A program made the position numbers and the translations under genes. Below the pieces are notes generated by a model. That model did no database searches, was not told the origin of the DNA, and worked only from the letters and a program-made list of their open reading frames with translations. A DNA stretch of 64,000 nucleotides from an uncultured Gammaproteobacteria bacterium. Its GTDB lineage: Bacteria; Patescibacteriota; Microgenomatia; Levybacterales; GWA1-39-11. Location: assembly GCA_964531275.1 (NCBI GenBank), contig CAZHDZ010000004.1, positions 3,068 to 67,067 of the forward strand, written 5' to 3'. Shown in pieces: positions 1 to 9,030 of the stretch. Within the stretch, counting starts at the first letter, position 1. Each line of letters opens with the position of its first letter.

Positions 1-156
1 TCGTTCAATTTCTGGATCCAGTACGCGCGCTTCGCGTATAAGATGTCCCATACTAAAAACGGGAATATTTAGCTTCTGGCTTAGGGGAGTTGTTTGGGTT
101 TCTTTGCCTGAAAAGGGTGCTCCTAAAAAAATTATTATTTCGTGGTTATTTTCCAT
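1..156 (-). CDS. Adenylate kinase-like nucleoside monophosphate kinase, 5' part (runs off window edge; not in ORF track)
   Basis: Manual translation from ATG at 156 gives MENNHEIIIFLGAPFSGKETQTTPLSQKLNIPVFSMGHLIRE..., with an Adk-type P-loop (GAPFSGKET) and SMGHLIR. Start overlaps the stop of the 146..715 gene. Confidence 0.75.
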   Translation of the reverse strand, partial: MENNHEIIIFLGAPFSGKETQTTPLSQKLNIPVFSMGHLIREARVLDPEIER

Positions 157-715
157 ATGACTCTATAAATTTTTCTAAATCTTTTTTAAATACTTCCAAT
201 GTATCATTGCTATCTATATAAGCATCAGCAAGTGCAATGCACAAAGCTGTTTGAAGACCTGTTATTTTCTCATTAACGCCTAAATCACGCAAGTCTAGGC
301 TATTGAAAAGATCTTGGGTAAGATCTTCTCTCCTCTTAAGCTTTTTAAGTCGTTCAAAACGTACATTGCGATCAGCAACTATCGCAAGGAGTGTGCTTCC
401 AGCATGCTGTCTTAATTCTTCAACTTCACCCAAATTGCGAAGTCCATCTACTACAATTTTTTGATCTCTATTTTGATAGAGCGCTTTCTTCATCAAAATT
501 CCTGCACCATACAAATTTCTCATTTCATTACCTAAATCCTGTAAATTTTGACGAGTGAGAGGCAAACCTCTTAGCATAGCCTCTTTTTCAAGAGACGAAG
601 AAAGAGTCACTATGACATAGCCCTTACTCTTAAAATATTCAGCTGCGGTTGTTTTACCGCTTCCAAATGCACCAGTGATACCGATTATTTTGCGTGGAGT
701 GTTTGAAGATTTCAT
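146..715 (-). CDS. P-loop nucleotide kinase (dephospho-CoA kinase/AAA-like family)
   Basis: IIGITGAFGSGKTT Walker A; VVDGLRN motif; lid region RFERL..R..D. Confidence 0.75.
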   Translation of the reverse strand: MKSSNTPRKIIGITGAFGSGKTTAAEYFKSKGYVIVTLSSSLEKEAMLRGLPLTRQNLQDLGNEMRNLYGAGILMKKALYQNRDQKIVVDGLRNLGEVEELRQHAGSTLLAIVADRNVRFERLKKLKRREDLTQDLFNSLDLRDLGVNEKITGLQTALCIALADAYIDSNDTLEVFKKDLEKFIESYGK

Positions 716-1264
716 TTAGGAACGCTTCGAAAGCTCTTCCATAATTTTACTATTAATTTCTTCAATAGGCATCTCTCCATCTATATCGATGATCTTTCCT
801 TTATTGCGATAGAACTCAATTACAGGCTCAGTCTTTTCATGAAATTGGTCGATACGCTTCATGATAGCTTTTAAATTATTATCTTCTCTTACCCCCTCGT
901 CATCACGACCTGCAAGTCTCCATAAAGCTTCTTTGTCAGATACTCGCAGATACACAGCAGCAGTAATACCGTTTTGGAATTGCTCTGCTTGTGGCACCGT
1001 TCTTGGAAATCCATCAAGTATGTACCCTTTGTCATATTCGTCTCGCCCAAGATATTCCTGAACTATTTCAAGAGTTTTTTCATCTGATATTAGATATCCG
1101 GCATTCATAGTCTCTTTAATATAGCGGCCCATTGGGGTTTTTTCCTTTGCCATTTCTCGAAAGATATGACCTGAAGATAGATAAGGGACTGATAATTTCT
1201 CTGAAAGAAGGTTACCCTGCGTGGACTTCCCGCTTCCCTGTATTCCAATTAATATTATTTTCAT
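716..1264 (-). CDS. adk: Adenylate kinase (short, LID-less type)
   Basis: GIQGSGKSTQ, SSGHIFR, GYILDGFPR motifs; follows secY; AAGGAGG Shine-Dalgarno upstream of ATG 1264. Confidence 0.92.
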   Translation of the reverse strand: MKIILIGIQGSGKSTQGNLLSEKLSVPYLSSGHIFREMAKEKTPMGRYIKETMNAGYLISDEKTLEIVQEYLGRDEYDKGYILDGFPRTVPQAEQFQNGITAAVYLRVSDKEALWRLAGRDDEGVREDNNLKAIMKRIDQFHEKTEPVIEFYRNKGKIIDIDGEMPIEEINSKIMEELSKRS

Positions 1265-1330
1265 ATATAACAACCTCCTTTTTGACCAAAAATTAACCCA
1301 GCCGGCAGTTGAAGAAAGAAGGTCTCTTTC

Positions 1331-2617
1331 TTACAAGTTGAATCGCTCATATGAGCGAGTAACAAGCTGAGTTTGAAATATTTTTACCGTTTCGATAACG
1401 ACAGACACCACAATAAGAACACTTGTTCCTCCAACCAAAAGAGCTTGGATGCCGGTAAGAGACTGCAAGACATTAGGCAGCACAGCTACGAGTCCCAAGA
1501 ACAAACCCCCAGCAAGAGTTATGCGAGTCACGATATAGTTAAGATAGCCCGCTGTTGGCTTACCTGGCCTAATTCCAGGGATAAATCCTCCACCTTCTTG
1601 TATATCTTCTGCTACTTTTTGAGGGTTTATAACAATCGCAGTATAAAAATAAGTGAATCCAAAAACCATCAAGAAATAAACCACGTTATAAGCAATACTG
1701 GTAGTTGCAAAATTCACAGCTAAAAACTGACCAATTCCTACCAATGCAGGCGTCTTCGAAGCGAGAAAATAATTAGCAAGTAGTGATGGAAGCAGGACTA
1801 ATGAGATAGCAAATATAATAGGAACAACCCCTGCTGAATTAAGCCTTAATGGTAAAAAAGTTTGCTGTGCACTTTCACTCTTTCCACCTCTAATTCTACG
1901 TGCATAAATAACCGGAACTTTCCTAACGGCTTCAGTAACAAATACGATCGCGCCTACAAGGAGCACTCCAGCTCCTCCGATTAATGCGTAATTTAGATAC
2001 TGCTCTGGAGTTGCCGAAAGCAGAACCTGCACTATTCCTGTCGGAAGAGTCCCCACAATTCCAGCGAATATAATCAAAGATATACCATTACCTATATTTT
2101 GCTCAGAGATAAGTTCTCCAATCCACAGTAGAAGCATTGTGCCTGCAACGAGCGTTGCTATAAAAGTTATAAGAAAAAATGGATTCAACTCTGAAATAAG
2201 ACCTTGGCTTCTTAAAAGAGCATACATACCTATAGACTGAAGAATTCCCAGAGGTAGCGTTATATATCGAGTGTATTGATTGATTTTTTGCTTTCCGTAT
2301 TCGCCTTCCTTTTGAAGCTCTTCTAGCTTTGGATAAATTTGGGCTCCCAACTGCATCACAATTGAAGCATAGATATATGGACCTATCCCAACAGCAAGTA
2401 CTGAGAAATTAGCGAGAGTTCCACCACCTAAAAGATTTATAAGACCAAGAAATTGATTTTGATCAAAAAGTGCCTTGAGTTGATTAATATTTACACCGGA
2501 AACTGGTACGTGTGCGAGAAATCTAAATACTAAAAAGAGGCCTAATACAATGAGGGACTTTTTCCTTAAATCTTTATCTTTGAAGATTTTTTTAAGGACT
2601 GCAAAAAACTTGCTCAT
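1331..2617 (-). CDS. secY: Preprotein translocase subunit SecY
   Basis: Multi-TM protein with GIGPYIYASI, IGNGISLIIF, FIPGIRPG motifs; follows rplO. Confidence 0.98.
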   Translation of the reverse strand: MSKFFAVLKKIFKDKDLRKKSLIVLGLFLVFRFLAHVPVSGVNINQLKALFDQNQFLGLINLLGGGTLANFSVLAVGIGPYIYASIVMQLGAQIYPKLEELQKEGEYGKQKINQYTRYITLPLGILQSIGMYALLRSQGLISELNPFFLITFIATLVAGTMLLLWIGELISEQNIGNGISLIIFAGIVGTLPTGIVQVLLSATPEQYLNYALIGGAGVLLVGAIVFVTEAVRKVPVIYARRIRGGKSESAQQTFLPLRLNSAGVVPIIFAISLVLLPSLLANYFLASKTPALVGIGQFLAVNFATTSIAYNVVYFLMVFGFTYFYTAIVINPQKVAEDIQEGGGFIPGIRPGKPTAGYLNYIVTRITLAGGLFLGLVAVLPNVLQSLTGIQALLVGGTSVLIVVSVVIETVKIFQTQLVTRSYERFNL

Positions 2618-2625
2618 AAATTCGT

Positions 2626-3054
2626 CTATTCTACCGTGCCACCTGCTGCTTCAACTTTCTTACGCGCGAGATTTGAAATAGGAAGTTTTATAGTTAATGG
2701 ATTCTTAAGTTCGCCATTTCCCAAGATCTTTACCCCTAGTTTTTTTGCATCGGCAGACGTCACTATATTATGTTTTATAAGGGTCTCAATATCAACCACA
2801 GCTTTTGCTGGAAGAAGATTTAACGTATTGAAATTAACCACTATCGGCTTCTTGTTAAGAGAAGGATTTCGTCCTTTACCTCTCATGAAAGGAAGTCTTT
2901 TTATAAGTGGAAGTGCTCCTCCTTCAAAAGAAAGTGCTCTTCTACTACGTGCATTTTGGCCCTTTTGCCCTCGTCCTCCAGTCTTACCACGACCAGATCC
3001 ATGACCTTGCCCAAGACGTCTTAATTTTTTTGTTGTTATTTTTTGTAATTCCAT
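2626..3054 (-). CDS. rplO: 50S ribosomal protein uL15
   Basis: GQGHGSGRGKTGGRGQKGQNAR, FEGGALPL. Confidence 0.97.
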   Translation of the reverse strand: MELQKITTKKLRRLGQGHGSGRGKTGGRGQKGQNARSRRALSFEGGALPLIKRLPFMRGKGRNPSLNKKPIVVNFNTLNLLPAKAVVDIETLIKHNIVTSADAKKLGVKILGNGELKNPLTIKLPISNLARKKVEAAGGTVE

Positions 3055-3057
3055 ATG

Positions 3058-3495
3058 TTATTTTTTTCCTCCAAGTTCTCGTAGGGCTGCGAATGTTGCA
3101 TGGACATTACTTCCCTTATTCCCTGTTCCTAGAATTTTTGATGAAATGTTATGGATGCCAGCTGCTTCAACAACGCTTCTTACAGCTCCACCAGCGATAA
3201 TACCAGATCCTTGTGGGGCTGGCTTTAGAAGAACCTCAGCTGCACCCTCTTTAACTCTAATAGAGCGTGGAATTGTTCCATTCTCTATAGGCACATCAAT
3301 AAAATGTTTTTTTGCGTAAGCAATAGCTTTTTGGATTGCAGATGAAACATCGGCTGATTTTCCAAGACCTACACCAACTTTTCCTTTTCTGTCTCCAACT
3401 ACAGCCAAAGCTGAAAATCTCATTTTATTTCCACCTTTAGTTTTTTTAGAAACCCTATTAATCTGTACTATTTTTTCTTCGTATTGATTTTCCAT
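3058..3495 (-). CDS. rpsE: 30S ribosomal protein uS5
   Basis: INRVSKKTKGG, LLKPAPQGSGIIAGG. Confidence 0.97.
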   Translation of the reverse strand: MENQYEEKIVQINRVSKKTKGGNKMRFSALAVVGDRKGKVGVGLGKSADVSSAIQKAIAYAKKHFIDVPIENGTIPRSIRVKEGAAEVLLKPAPQGSGIIAGGAVRSVVEAAGIHNISSKILGTGNKGSNVHATFAALRELGGKK

Positions 3496-3541
3496 AATTT
3501 TTAAAATACTTTGTTTTATTCTAATCGGTATATTTCACCTT

Positions 3542-3880
3542 CTAAAACTTCAGACCTCCTTCTCGTGCTCCATCAGCCAAAGCCTTTACACGTCCATGAT
3601 ATCTGAAAGATCCCTTATCAAAAACTACTTCGCTTACTTTTGCAGCTAGTCCTTTTTGAGCAATTAGCTTTCCAACTTCTGCTGCTTGTTCTGTCTTTGT
3701 TTTTGCTTTTATCTCTTTAGATGAAGCCGAAACAACTGTTATTGCCTTACTGTCATCAATGATCTGTGCGTAAATATTTACGTTTGATCTAAATACGGTA
3801 AGCCTTGGTCTATCTGACACGAAAGCAATCTTTTTTCGTATTCTTTTTATTCTTCTTGTTTTTTTATCTTGACTTTTCAT
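3542..3880 (-). CDS. rplR: 50S ribosomal protein uL18
   Basis: [27 protein letters not shown]. Confidence 0.97.
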   Translation of the reverse strand: MKSQDKKTRRIKRIRKKIAFVSDRPRLTVFRSNVNIYAQIIDDSKAITVVSASSKEIKAKTKTEQAAEVGKLIAQKGLAAKVSEVVFDKGSFRYHGRVKALADGAREGGLKF

Positions 3881-3927
3881 ATTTTTTAATTAATACACTT
3901 TGCTTAGTGCGCTAGCACAGGCTGTGC

Positions 3928-4467
3928 TTATGCTGCTTTTGCTGCCTTTCCAGCCTTTCGTCTTATCTTTTCACCTTGATACTTAATTCCTTTAGCTTTG
4001 TATGGATCCGGCGGTCTTACTTTTCTTATTTTGCTTGCTATATCTCCAACAATTTGCTTATCGATTCCCGAAACTGTTATTACGTTGTCCTCTACACTAA
4101 AACTTATATTCTCAGGAGCACTAATTTTTACAGGATGAGAAAATCCCAGATTCAGAACTAAATCCCGTCCATCAACCTTTGCTCTATATCCGACTCCAGA
4201 AAGCTCTAATTTCTTATCAAAACCTTTCGAAACTCCAATCACCATATTCGAAATAAGAGATCTAGTAAGTCCATAGAACTTTTCTAGATGATGAGCTTCA
4301 TGCTCTTTCTTGACGATGATAGTCGCTTCTCCGATTTCAATATCGATTCCTGTAGGAATACTCCAGGCAAGCATGCCTTTTGTTCCAGTTACTGTAACGC
4401 TTTTGCCATCCTTTATGATAGCAACTCCTGCTTCAATTGTTATTGGTTGTTTTCCTATGTTTGACAT
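3928..4467 (-). CDS. rplF: 50S ribosomal protein uL6
   Basis: MSNIGKQPI, GVGYRA, RPPDPYKAKGIKY. Confidence 0.97.
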   Translation of the reverse strand: MSNIGKQPITIEAGVAIIKDGKSVTVTGTKGMLAWSIPTGIDIEIGEATIIVKKEHEAHHLEKFYGLTRSLISNMVIGVSKGFDKKLELSGVGYRAKVDGRDLVLNLGFSHPVKISAPENISFSVEDNVITVSGIDKQIVGDIASKIRKVRPPDPYKAKGIKYQGEKIRRKAGKAAKAA

Positions 4468-4476
4468 ATATTATTT

Positions 4477-4869
4477 TTAGCTTACTCTAGCTAGTAGTTC
4501 TCCACCTATTCCCATTTTTGATGCTTTTCTGTGTGACATTATCCCCTTTGTTGTTGAAAGAATAGCTAGATCGTATTTTGTTGCAGATCTTAGAGCTTTA
4601 GTCTTATCGACATAGGTATGCACAGATGGCTTTGAGATGATTTTCACATCTTTTAGCGCTGCTACATTCTTTCTATAAAGAAGAGTAGCGGTAACAACGT
4701 TCTGCGCGCCCTCAGTCTTTACCTCTTTAATGTCTTTAATGTAACCCTCATCTTTTAGCACTTGGCCAATAGATAAGATCATCTTTGAATGAGGAAAACT
4801 CATTTCATTTTTATTTGCCATATAGGCATTTTTTATTTGTATTAGAAAACTTGCAACAGGATATGTCAT
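4477..4869 (-). CDS. rpsH: 30S ribosomal protein uS8
   Basis: LKDEGYI, ILSTTKGIM, GIGGELL; spc operon position. Confidence 0.96.
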   Translation of the reverse strand: MTYPVASFLIQIKNAYMANKNEMSFPHSKMILSIGQVLKDEGYIKDIKEVKTEGAQNVVTATLLYRKNVAALKDVKIISKPSVHTYVDKTKALRSATKYDLAILSTTKGIMSHRKASKMGIGGELLARVS

Positions 4870-4882
4870 ATTTTTTTATTAT

Positions 4883-5068
4883 TTACCAACTTGCTTTCTT
4901 TACTCCAGGAAATTCGCCCTTAAGAGCTCTTTCCCTAAAACAAATTCTGCAAATACCAAAGACTCTCATAAAAGCTCTTGTTCTTCCGCAAAGCGCACAC
5001 AAATGTACCTCTCGTGTTTTAAACTTTTGTTTTTTACCTAGCTTTACGATTGTCGATTTTTTTGCCAT
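4883..5068 (-). CDS. rpsN: 30S ribosomal protein uS14, Zn-binding (type Z, 61 aa)
   Basis: CALCGR...GICRICFRE...PGVKKASW. Confidence 0.96.
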   Translation of the reverse strand: MAKKSTIVKLGKKQKFKTREVHLCALCGRTRAFMRVFGICRICFRERALKGEFPGVKKASW

Positions 5069-5070
5069 AG

Positions 5071-5622
5071 TTAATTTTTAGCTACCTCTTTTACAAATGG
5101 CATCCCCATTGCTTCAAGCAATGCTTTTGCCTTCTCGTCATTTCTTGCATTTGTTACGATAGTTACCTGCAAAGATCTTAGAACATCAACTTTTCCGGAA
5201 TCAATTTCTGGAAAAACGAGCTGTTCGTCAAAGCCAACCGATATATTACCTCTTCCATCGAAAGCTTTCAAGTCGACACCACTAAAATCCTTAACACGAG
5301 GAAATACGATTTTTATTAATTTTTCTAAAAAGTCGTACATTCTCTTGCCTCTCAAAGTTGTTGAAAGACCGATTTTGTCTCCTTCTCTTAACTTAAATGT
5401 TGCGATTGAAGTTCTTGCCTTTGATATTTTTGGCTTTTGACCAGTTATAAGAACTAAGTCTTCAATTGCTTTATCAATGTTTTTTCTATCTTTCAAGAAT
5501 TCTCTTGAACTCATATTAACATTGATTTTAACCACTTTAGGTACCGCCATTATAGACTTTACCTTAAGCTTTTCTTTAAGCTCTTTTGTTATTTTTTCGT
5601 CAATATTCTTTTTAAATTCCAT
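5071..5622 (-). CDS. rplE: 50S ribosomal protein uL5
   Basis: [33 protein letters not shown]. Confidence 0.97.
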   Translation of the reverse strand: MEFKKNIDEKITKELKEKLKVKSIMAVPKVVKINVNMSSREFLKDRKNIDKAIEDLVLITGQKPKISKARTSIATFKLREGDKIGLSTTLRGKRMYDFLEKLIKIVFPRVKDFSGVDLKAFDGRGNISVGFDEQLVFPEIDSGKVDVLRSLQVTIVTNARNDEKAKALLEAMGMPFVKEVAKN

Positions 5623-5629
5623 ATTTTTT

Positions 5630-5703
5630 TATAGCGTTTAGTTATTAGCGTTTAGCGTATAGTTAATGTTAACTAAACCCTAAACCCTTCTTCATCTATA
5701 CCC
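5630..5703. repeat. Heptamer-periodic imperfect inverted repeat (TAGCGTT arm / TAAACCC arm)
   Basis: tagcgtt-tagttat-tagcgtt-tagcgta-tagttaa...aac-taaaccc-taaaccc between rpmJ and rplE. Confidence 0.7.
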
Positions 5704-5817
5704 TTATCCCTGACGCTGTTTATGCCTTGGATTTTCACAAATCACAAGAATTCGTCCTTTTCTTTTAACGATTTTACAATTTAAACAACGTTTTTTTACT
5801 GATGCTTGTACTTTCAT
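5704..5817 (-). CDS. rpmJ: 50S ribosomal protein bL36 (not in ORF track)
   Basis: Manual translation [37 protein letters not shown], a 37-aa canonical Zn-ribbon L36. Confidence 0.97.
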   Translation of the reverse strand: MKVQASVKKRCLNCKIVKRKGRILVICENPRHKQRQG

Positions 5818-5848
5818 AATTACTTTTGCTTGCAAAAGCAAGCTTTGC

Positions 5849-6163
5849 TTATATTTTCTCCTTACTCATTCGACTAATTCTTTCTTTTTGTCCTTTAACG
5901 ACCTTGTAACCTACTCTAGTTGGCTTTTTCTTTTTTGGGTCAATTAAAGCAACTATGCTTGCGTGAAGTGGCTTTGTAATTGTTACTATTTCAGACTGTT
6001 GCCCCTTCATTCTAGACTTTACGTGTCTTTTGAATTGATTAATGTTCTCAACAACAACCATTCGCTTTAAAGGAAGTACTTTTACAACCTCTCCACTCTT
6101 TCCTTTATCCTTACCCATCATAACCTGTACTATATCGCCTTTTTTAATTTTTAGTGTATTCAT
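5849..6163 (-). CDS. rplX: 50S ribosomal protein uL24
   Basis: [23 protein letters not shown] motif, PTRVGY. Confidence 0.97.
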   Translation of the reverse strand: MNTLKIKKGDIVQVMMGKDKGKSGEVVKVLPLKRMVVVENINQFKRHVKSRMKGQQSEIVTITKPLHASIVALIDPKKKKPTRVGYKVVKGQKERISRMSKEKI

Positions 6164-6172
6164 ATTTTTTGT

Positions 6173-6544
6173 TTAAACTACGTTCTTTGCTAATGATGCA
6201 ATCTTTGCAAATCCAGCATCTTTTACTTCCCGGGCTACCGGTCCAAATATGCGGGTCCCTAATGGATCTTTTGTTTTTTCATCAATAACAACTCCTGCAT
6301 TCTCAGAAAATCTTATATATGTTCCGTCTAGTCTTCTTTGCTCTTTACATGCCCTTACGAGAACAACCTTTACTTTGTCTCCTTTTTTAAATTGACCATG
6401 AGGAAGAGCTTTTTTAACAACGCATCCTAATATCTCCCCAAGATAGCCAAAACTTCTTTTGGATCCACCATAAATATGGATTACTTGAAGCTGTTTTGCG
6501 CCGCTATTGTCAGCAACTACCAACATTGTTCTATGTTGTACCAT
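6173..6544 (-). CDS. rplN: 50S ribosomal protein uL14
   Basis: VADNSGAK, GTRIFGPVARE. Confidence 0.98.
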   Translation of the reverse strand: MVQHRTMLVVADNSGAKQLQVIHIYGGSKRSFGYLGEILGCVVKKALPHGQFKKGDKVKVVLVRACKEQRRLDGTYIRFSENAGVVIDEKTKDPLGTRIFGPVAREVKDAGFAKIASLAKNVV

Positions 6545-6903
6545 TATTTAGCCGCTCCCTTCTTTATAACTATAAAGTTTTTATTCTTACTCATTGGTTT
6601 TGCCTGTTGTATTACTACAACGTCTCCATCTTTAAGCTCCATACCATTTGTATCAGCCTTAATTCTCTTCGTTACATTAATAAGTTTTCCATAAAGCTTA
6701 TGTGCAACTTTTCTATGAATTGCAACAACTACAGTTTTTTGCATCTTTGTTGATACAACAGTTCCGCTTAATGTTTGTTTAGATGATTTTACTTCCATAG
6801 TCTTTTTTACTGTCTTTTTTTCAACAGTTTTTACTGCTGGTGCTACAACCACCTTCTTTTCTACTTCCTTTTTTGTTATTGCTTTCTTTACTGTTTTTTC
6901 CAT
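6544..6903 (-). CDS. rpsQ: 30S ribosomal protein uS17 with Lys-rich N-terminal extension
   Basis: GTVVSTKMQKTVVV, HKLYGK, KPMSKNK; ~40 aa K/E/V-rich N-terminal tail. Confidence 0.95.
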   Translation of the reverse strand: MEKTVKKAITKKEVEKKVVVAPAVKTVEKKTVKKTMEVKSSKQTLSGTVVSTKMQKTVVVAIHRKVAHKLYGKLINVTKRIKADTNGMELKDGDVVVIQQAKPMSKNKNFIVIKKGAAK

Positions 6904-6908
6904 AGGTA

Positions 6909-7130
6909 TTATTTAGCCTCCACTACTTCTACATTTTTTGGCTTTTGTGAAAGATATGTCAAAACTCTTGCTATATCTTTCTTTTTTCTATAAAGCTTAT
7001 TTGTATCCTCAACTTTTCCGGTCTTCATGTCAATCGAAAGCTTTGATACCTCCGCTCGAAGATCACGAAGCTCTTTTATAAGCTCGTCTGCTGTCTTTGC
7101 TCTCATTTCCTTTTTTTGTTCTTTTTTCAT
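6909..7130 (-). CDS. rpmC: 50S ribosomal protein uL29
   Basis: KKDIARVLT; position between rplP and rpsQ. Confidence 0.93.
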   Translation of the reverse strand: MKKEQKKEMRAKTADELIKELRDLRAEVSKLSIDMKTGKVEDTNKLYRKKKDIARVLTYLSQKPKNVEVVEAK

Positions 7131-7146
7131 AATTAATGTATTAGTT

Positions 7147-7563
7147 TTAAGCTACGTGCTTTTTAACAAAAGTCGATTTAACTGCCAATTTCATTGATGC
7201 AAGCCTTAATGCTTCTTTTGCTAATGATTCTTCGATTCCACCCATTTCAAAAAGCATTTGTCCAGCACCTACAACTGCAACCCAATGATCAACATCACCT
7301 TTTCCTCCACCCATTCTTGTCTCCGGCGGTTTTTTTGTAATAGGCATCGCAGGAAAAATTCTTATCCAAACCCTTCCGCCTCTTTTGATAGAGTGAACAA
7401 TTGCACGTCTTGCTGCCTCAATTTGGCGACTTGAGATGTGCCCTGATTCATCAGCTTGTAATCCAAATTCTCCAAAGCTAACCCTAGTACCCTTCTTTGC
7501 TGGCCCCGGAAGGTTCCTTGGTTTAAATAATTTTCTATATTTTGTTTTTCTAGGTTGTAACAT
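7147..7563 (-). CDS. rplP: 50S ribosomal protein uL16
   Basis: [29 protein letters not shown]. Confidence 0.98.
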   Translation of the reverse strand: MLQPRKTKYRKLFKPRNLPGPAKKGTRVSFGEFGLQADESGHISSRQIEAARRAIVHSIKRGGRVWIRIFPAMPITKKPPETRMGGGKGDVDHWVAVVGAGQMLFEMGGIEESLAKEALRLASMKLAVKSTFVKKHVA

Positions 7564-7612
7564 ATTTTTATAAAACTACTTTTTACGTCACTTGTGACGA
7601 AGAAGTAACAAG

Positions 7613-8257
7613 TTACTTCTTATTGATCCAAACTTTTACTCCAATGTATCCGCTCTTTGTAAGTGATGGTACGCTTGCAAAATCAATATTCTCACGAATA
7701 GTTGAAAGTGAAACTTTTCCAACTTGAGATCTTTCACGTCTTCCAATTTCTGCTCCATTGATTCTTCCTGAAAGAATTATTCTTGCTCCTTTTGCACCAG
7801 ATTGCATCATGCGATCTAATGACTGCTTTACGACTCTTTTAAATGGCATTCTTCGTGCTAACTGATCTGCAATATTTGTTGCAACCAAGTATGCGGAAAG
7901 GTTAGGCTCCTTGATCGGCTCGACCCTTAACTCAATCTTTTGAGACGACTTACCAGTTGCACCAGGCTCTACCAAAAGTTTGACGATTTCCTTCTTAAGC
8001 TCTTCAAGTCCACTTCCCCCACGTCCTATGACAATTCCAGGTCTCATAACATAAATAATGATCTTAATTGAACTTGCTGATCTTTCAGTAATAACATCTC
8101 CAACACCAGCTGGCTTCAACCTCTTCATAAGAGCCTCGCGGATCATAATATCCTTAAGAACAGTCTTTGCGTACATATTCTTTGGATAATATCCAATACT
8201 CTTAAAATCGTGGTGTATACCAAGACGTAGGGCTATTGGATTAACTTTTTGTCCCAT
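7613..8257 (-). CDS. rpsC: 30S ribosomal protein uS3
   Basis: MGQKVNPIALRLG, RPGIVIGRGG (KH), SGRINGAEI, GVKVWI. Confidence 0.98.
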   Translation of the reverse strand: MGQKVNPIALRLGIHHDFKSIGYYPKNMYAKTVLKDIMIREALMKRLKPAGVGDVITERSASSIKIIIYVMRPGIVIGRGGSGLEELKKEIVKLLVEPGATGKSSQKIELRVEPIKEPNLSAYLVATNIADQLARRMPFKRVVKQSLDRMMQSGAKGARIILSGRINGAEIGRRERSQVGKVSLSTIRENIDFASVPSLTKSGYIGVKVWINKK

Positions 8258-8282
8258 GTTGTTTTATTTAAAACAAGCTTCA

Positions 8283-8297
8283 CTTAGCGTAGCCAAG
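8283..8297 (+). repeat. Solitary copy of the CTTAGC-GNA-GCCAAG mini-hairpin repeat
   Basis: cttagcgtagccaag in the rplV-rpsC spacer, identical except for the loop base to units in the 21 kb and 23 kb arrays. Confidence 0.75.
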
Positions 8298-8303
8298 TTC
8301 TAC

Positions 8304-8729
8304 TTATTTTTTAGCTCCTTTCTTTACTTCTTTTACTGTTGCCGGTTTGGAATCGGTCACCATTGCTGGCGTGATTACTTCTGGTATTTCAATTTTTACA
8401 TTATCTTCTAGCACAACGTTAATATGACTGGTCTTTTTTACATATGGGCGGGTTCTTCCTCGTCCGGCATAATGAAATCTTTTATATGCTATTCCTTCTG
8501 TAACATTAATTGTTTTAATCTTAAGCTCATCCTTCTTTGCAGATTTGTTATTGACTGCATTTGCCACGGCACTATCTAAAGTTTTCTTCAAAGAAACAGC
8601 TCCTCTTTTTCTACTAACCAAAAGAGCTGTTGTTGCTTGACCAATAGAAAGCTTTCTAATGCTGTCAGCAACAAGCCTCACCTTTCTAGGCGAAACTTTA
8701 ATATTTTTAGCGGTTGCAAAGTATTCCAT
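8304..8729 (-). CDS. rplV: 50S ribosomal protein uL22 with C-terminal extension
   Basis: SPRKVRLVADSIR, SAVANA, TSHINVVL. Confidence 0.97.
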   Translation of the reverse strand: MEYFATAKNIKVSPRKVRLVADSIRKLSIGQATTALLVSRKRGAVSLKKTLDSAVANAVNNKSAKKDELKIKTINVTEGIAYKRFHYAGRGRTRPYVKKTSHINVVLEDNVKIEIPEVITPAMVTDSKPATVKEVKKGAKK

Positions 8730-8734
8730 ATATA

Positions 8735-9019
8735 TTAAGTCTTACTTATGTCTCTTGCGACGATTCTTCCATGACCTTTAAAGTGACGTGTTAGTGAAAA
8801 TTCTCCAAGTCTATGTCCAACCATTCCCTCAACAATTTTAACGGTTACGAAATTTTTACCGTTATGAACACCAAAAACATGACCTACAAATTCAGGTGGT
8901 ATCTGACAATCGCGAGCCCAAGTTTTGATGGTATCTCGATTGCTACCTTCTTTCTGTACCATTACTTTTTTAAGTAATCGTTCGTTTATTAATGGTCCTT
9001 TTTTTAGTGATCTACTCAT
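8735..9019 (-). CDS. rpsS: 30S ribosomal protein uS19
   Basis: MSRSLKKGP, VHNGK, MVGHRLGEF. Confidence 0.98.
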   Translation of the reverse strand: MSRSLKKGPLINERLLKKVMVQKEGSNRDTIKTWARDCQIPPEFVGHVFGVHNGKNFVTVKIVEGMVGHRLGEFSLTRHFKGHGRIVARDISKT

Positions 9020-9030
9020 AATTTAAAAAA

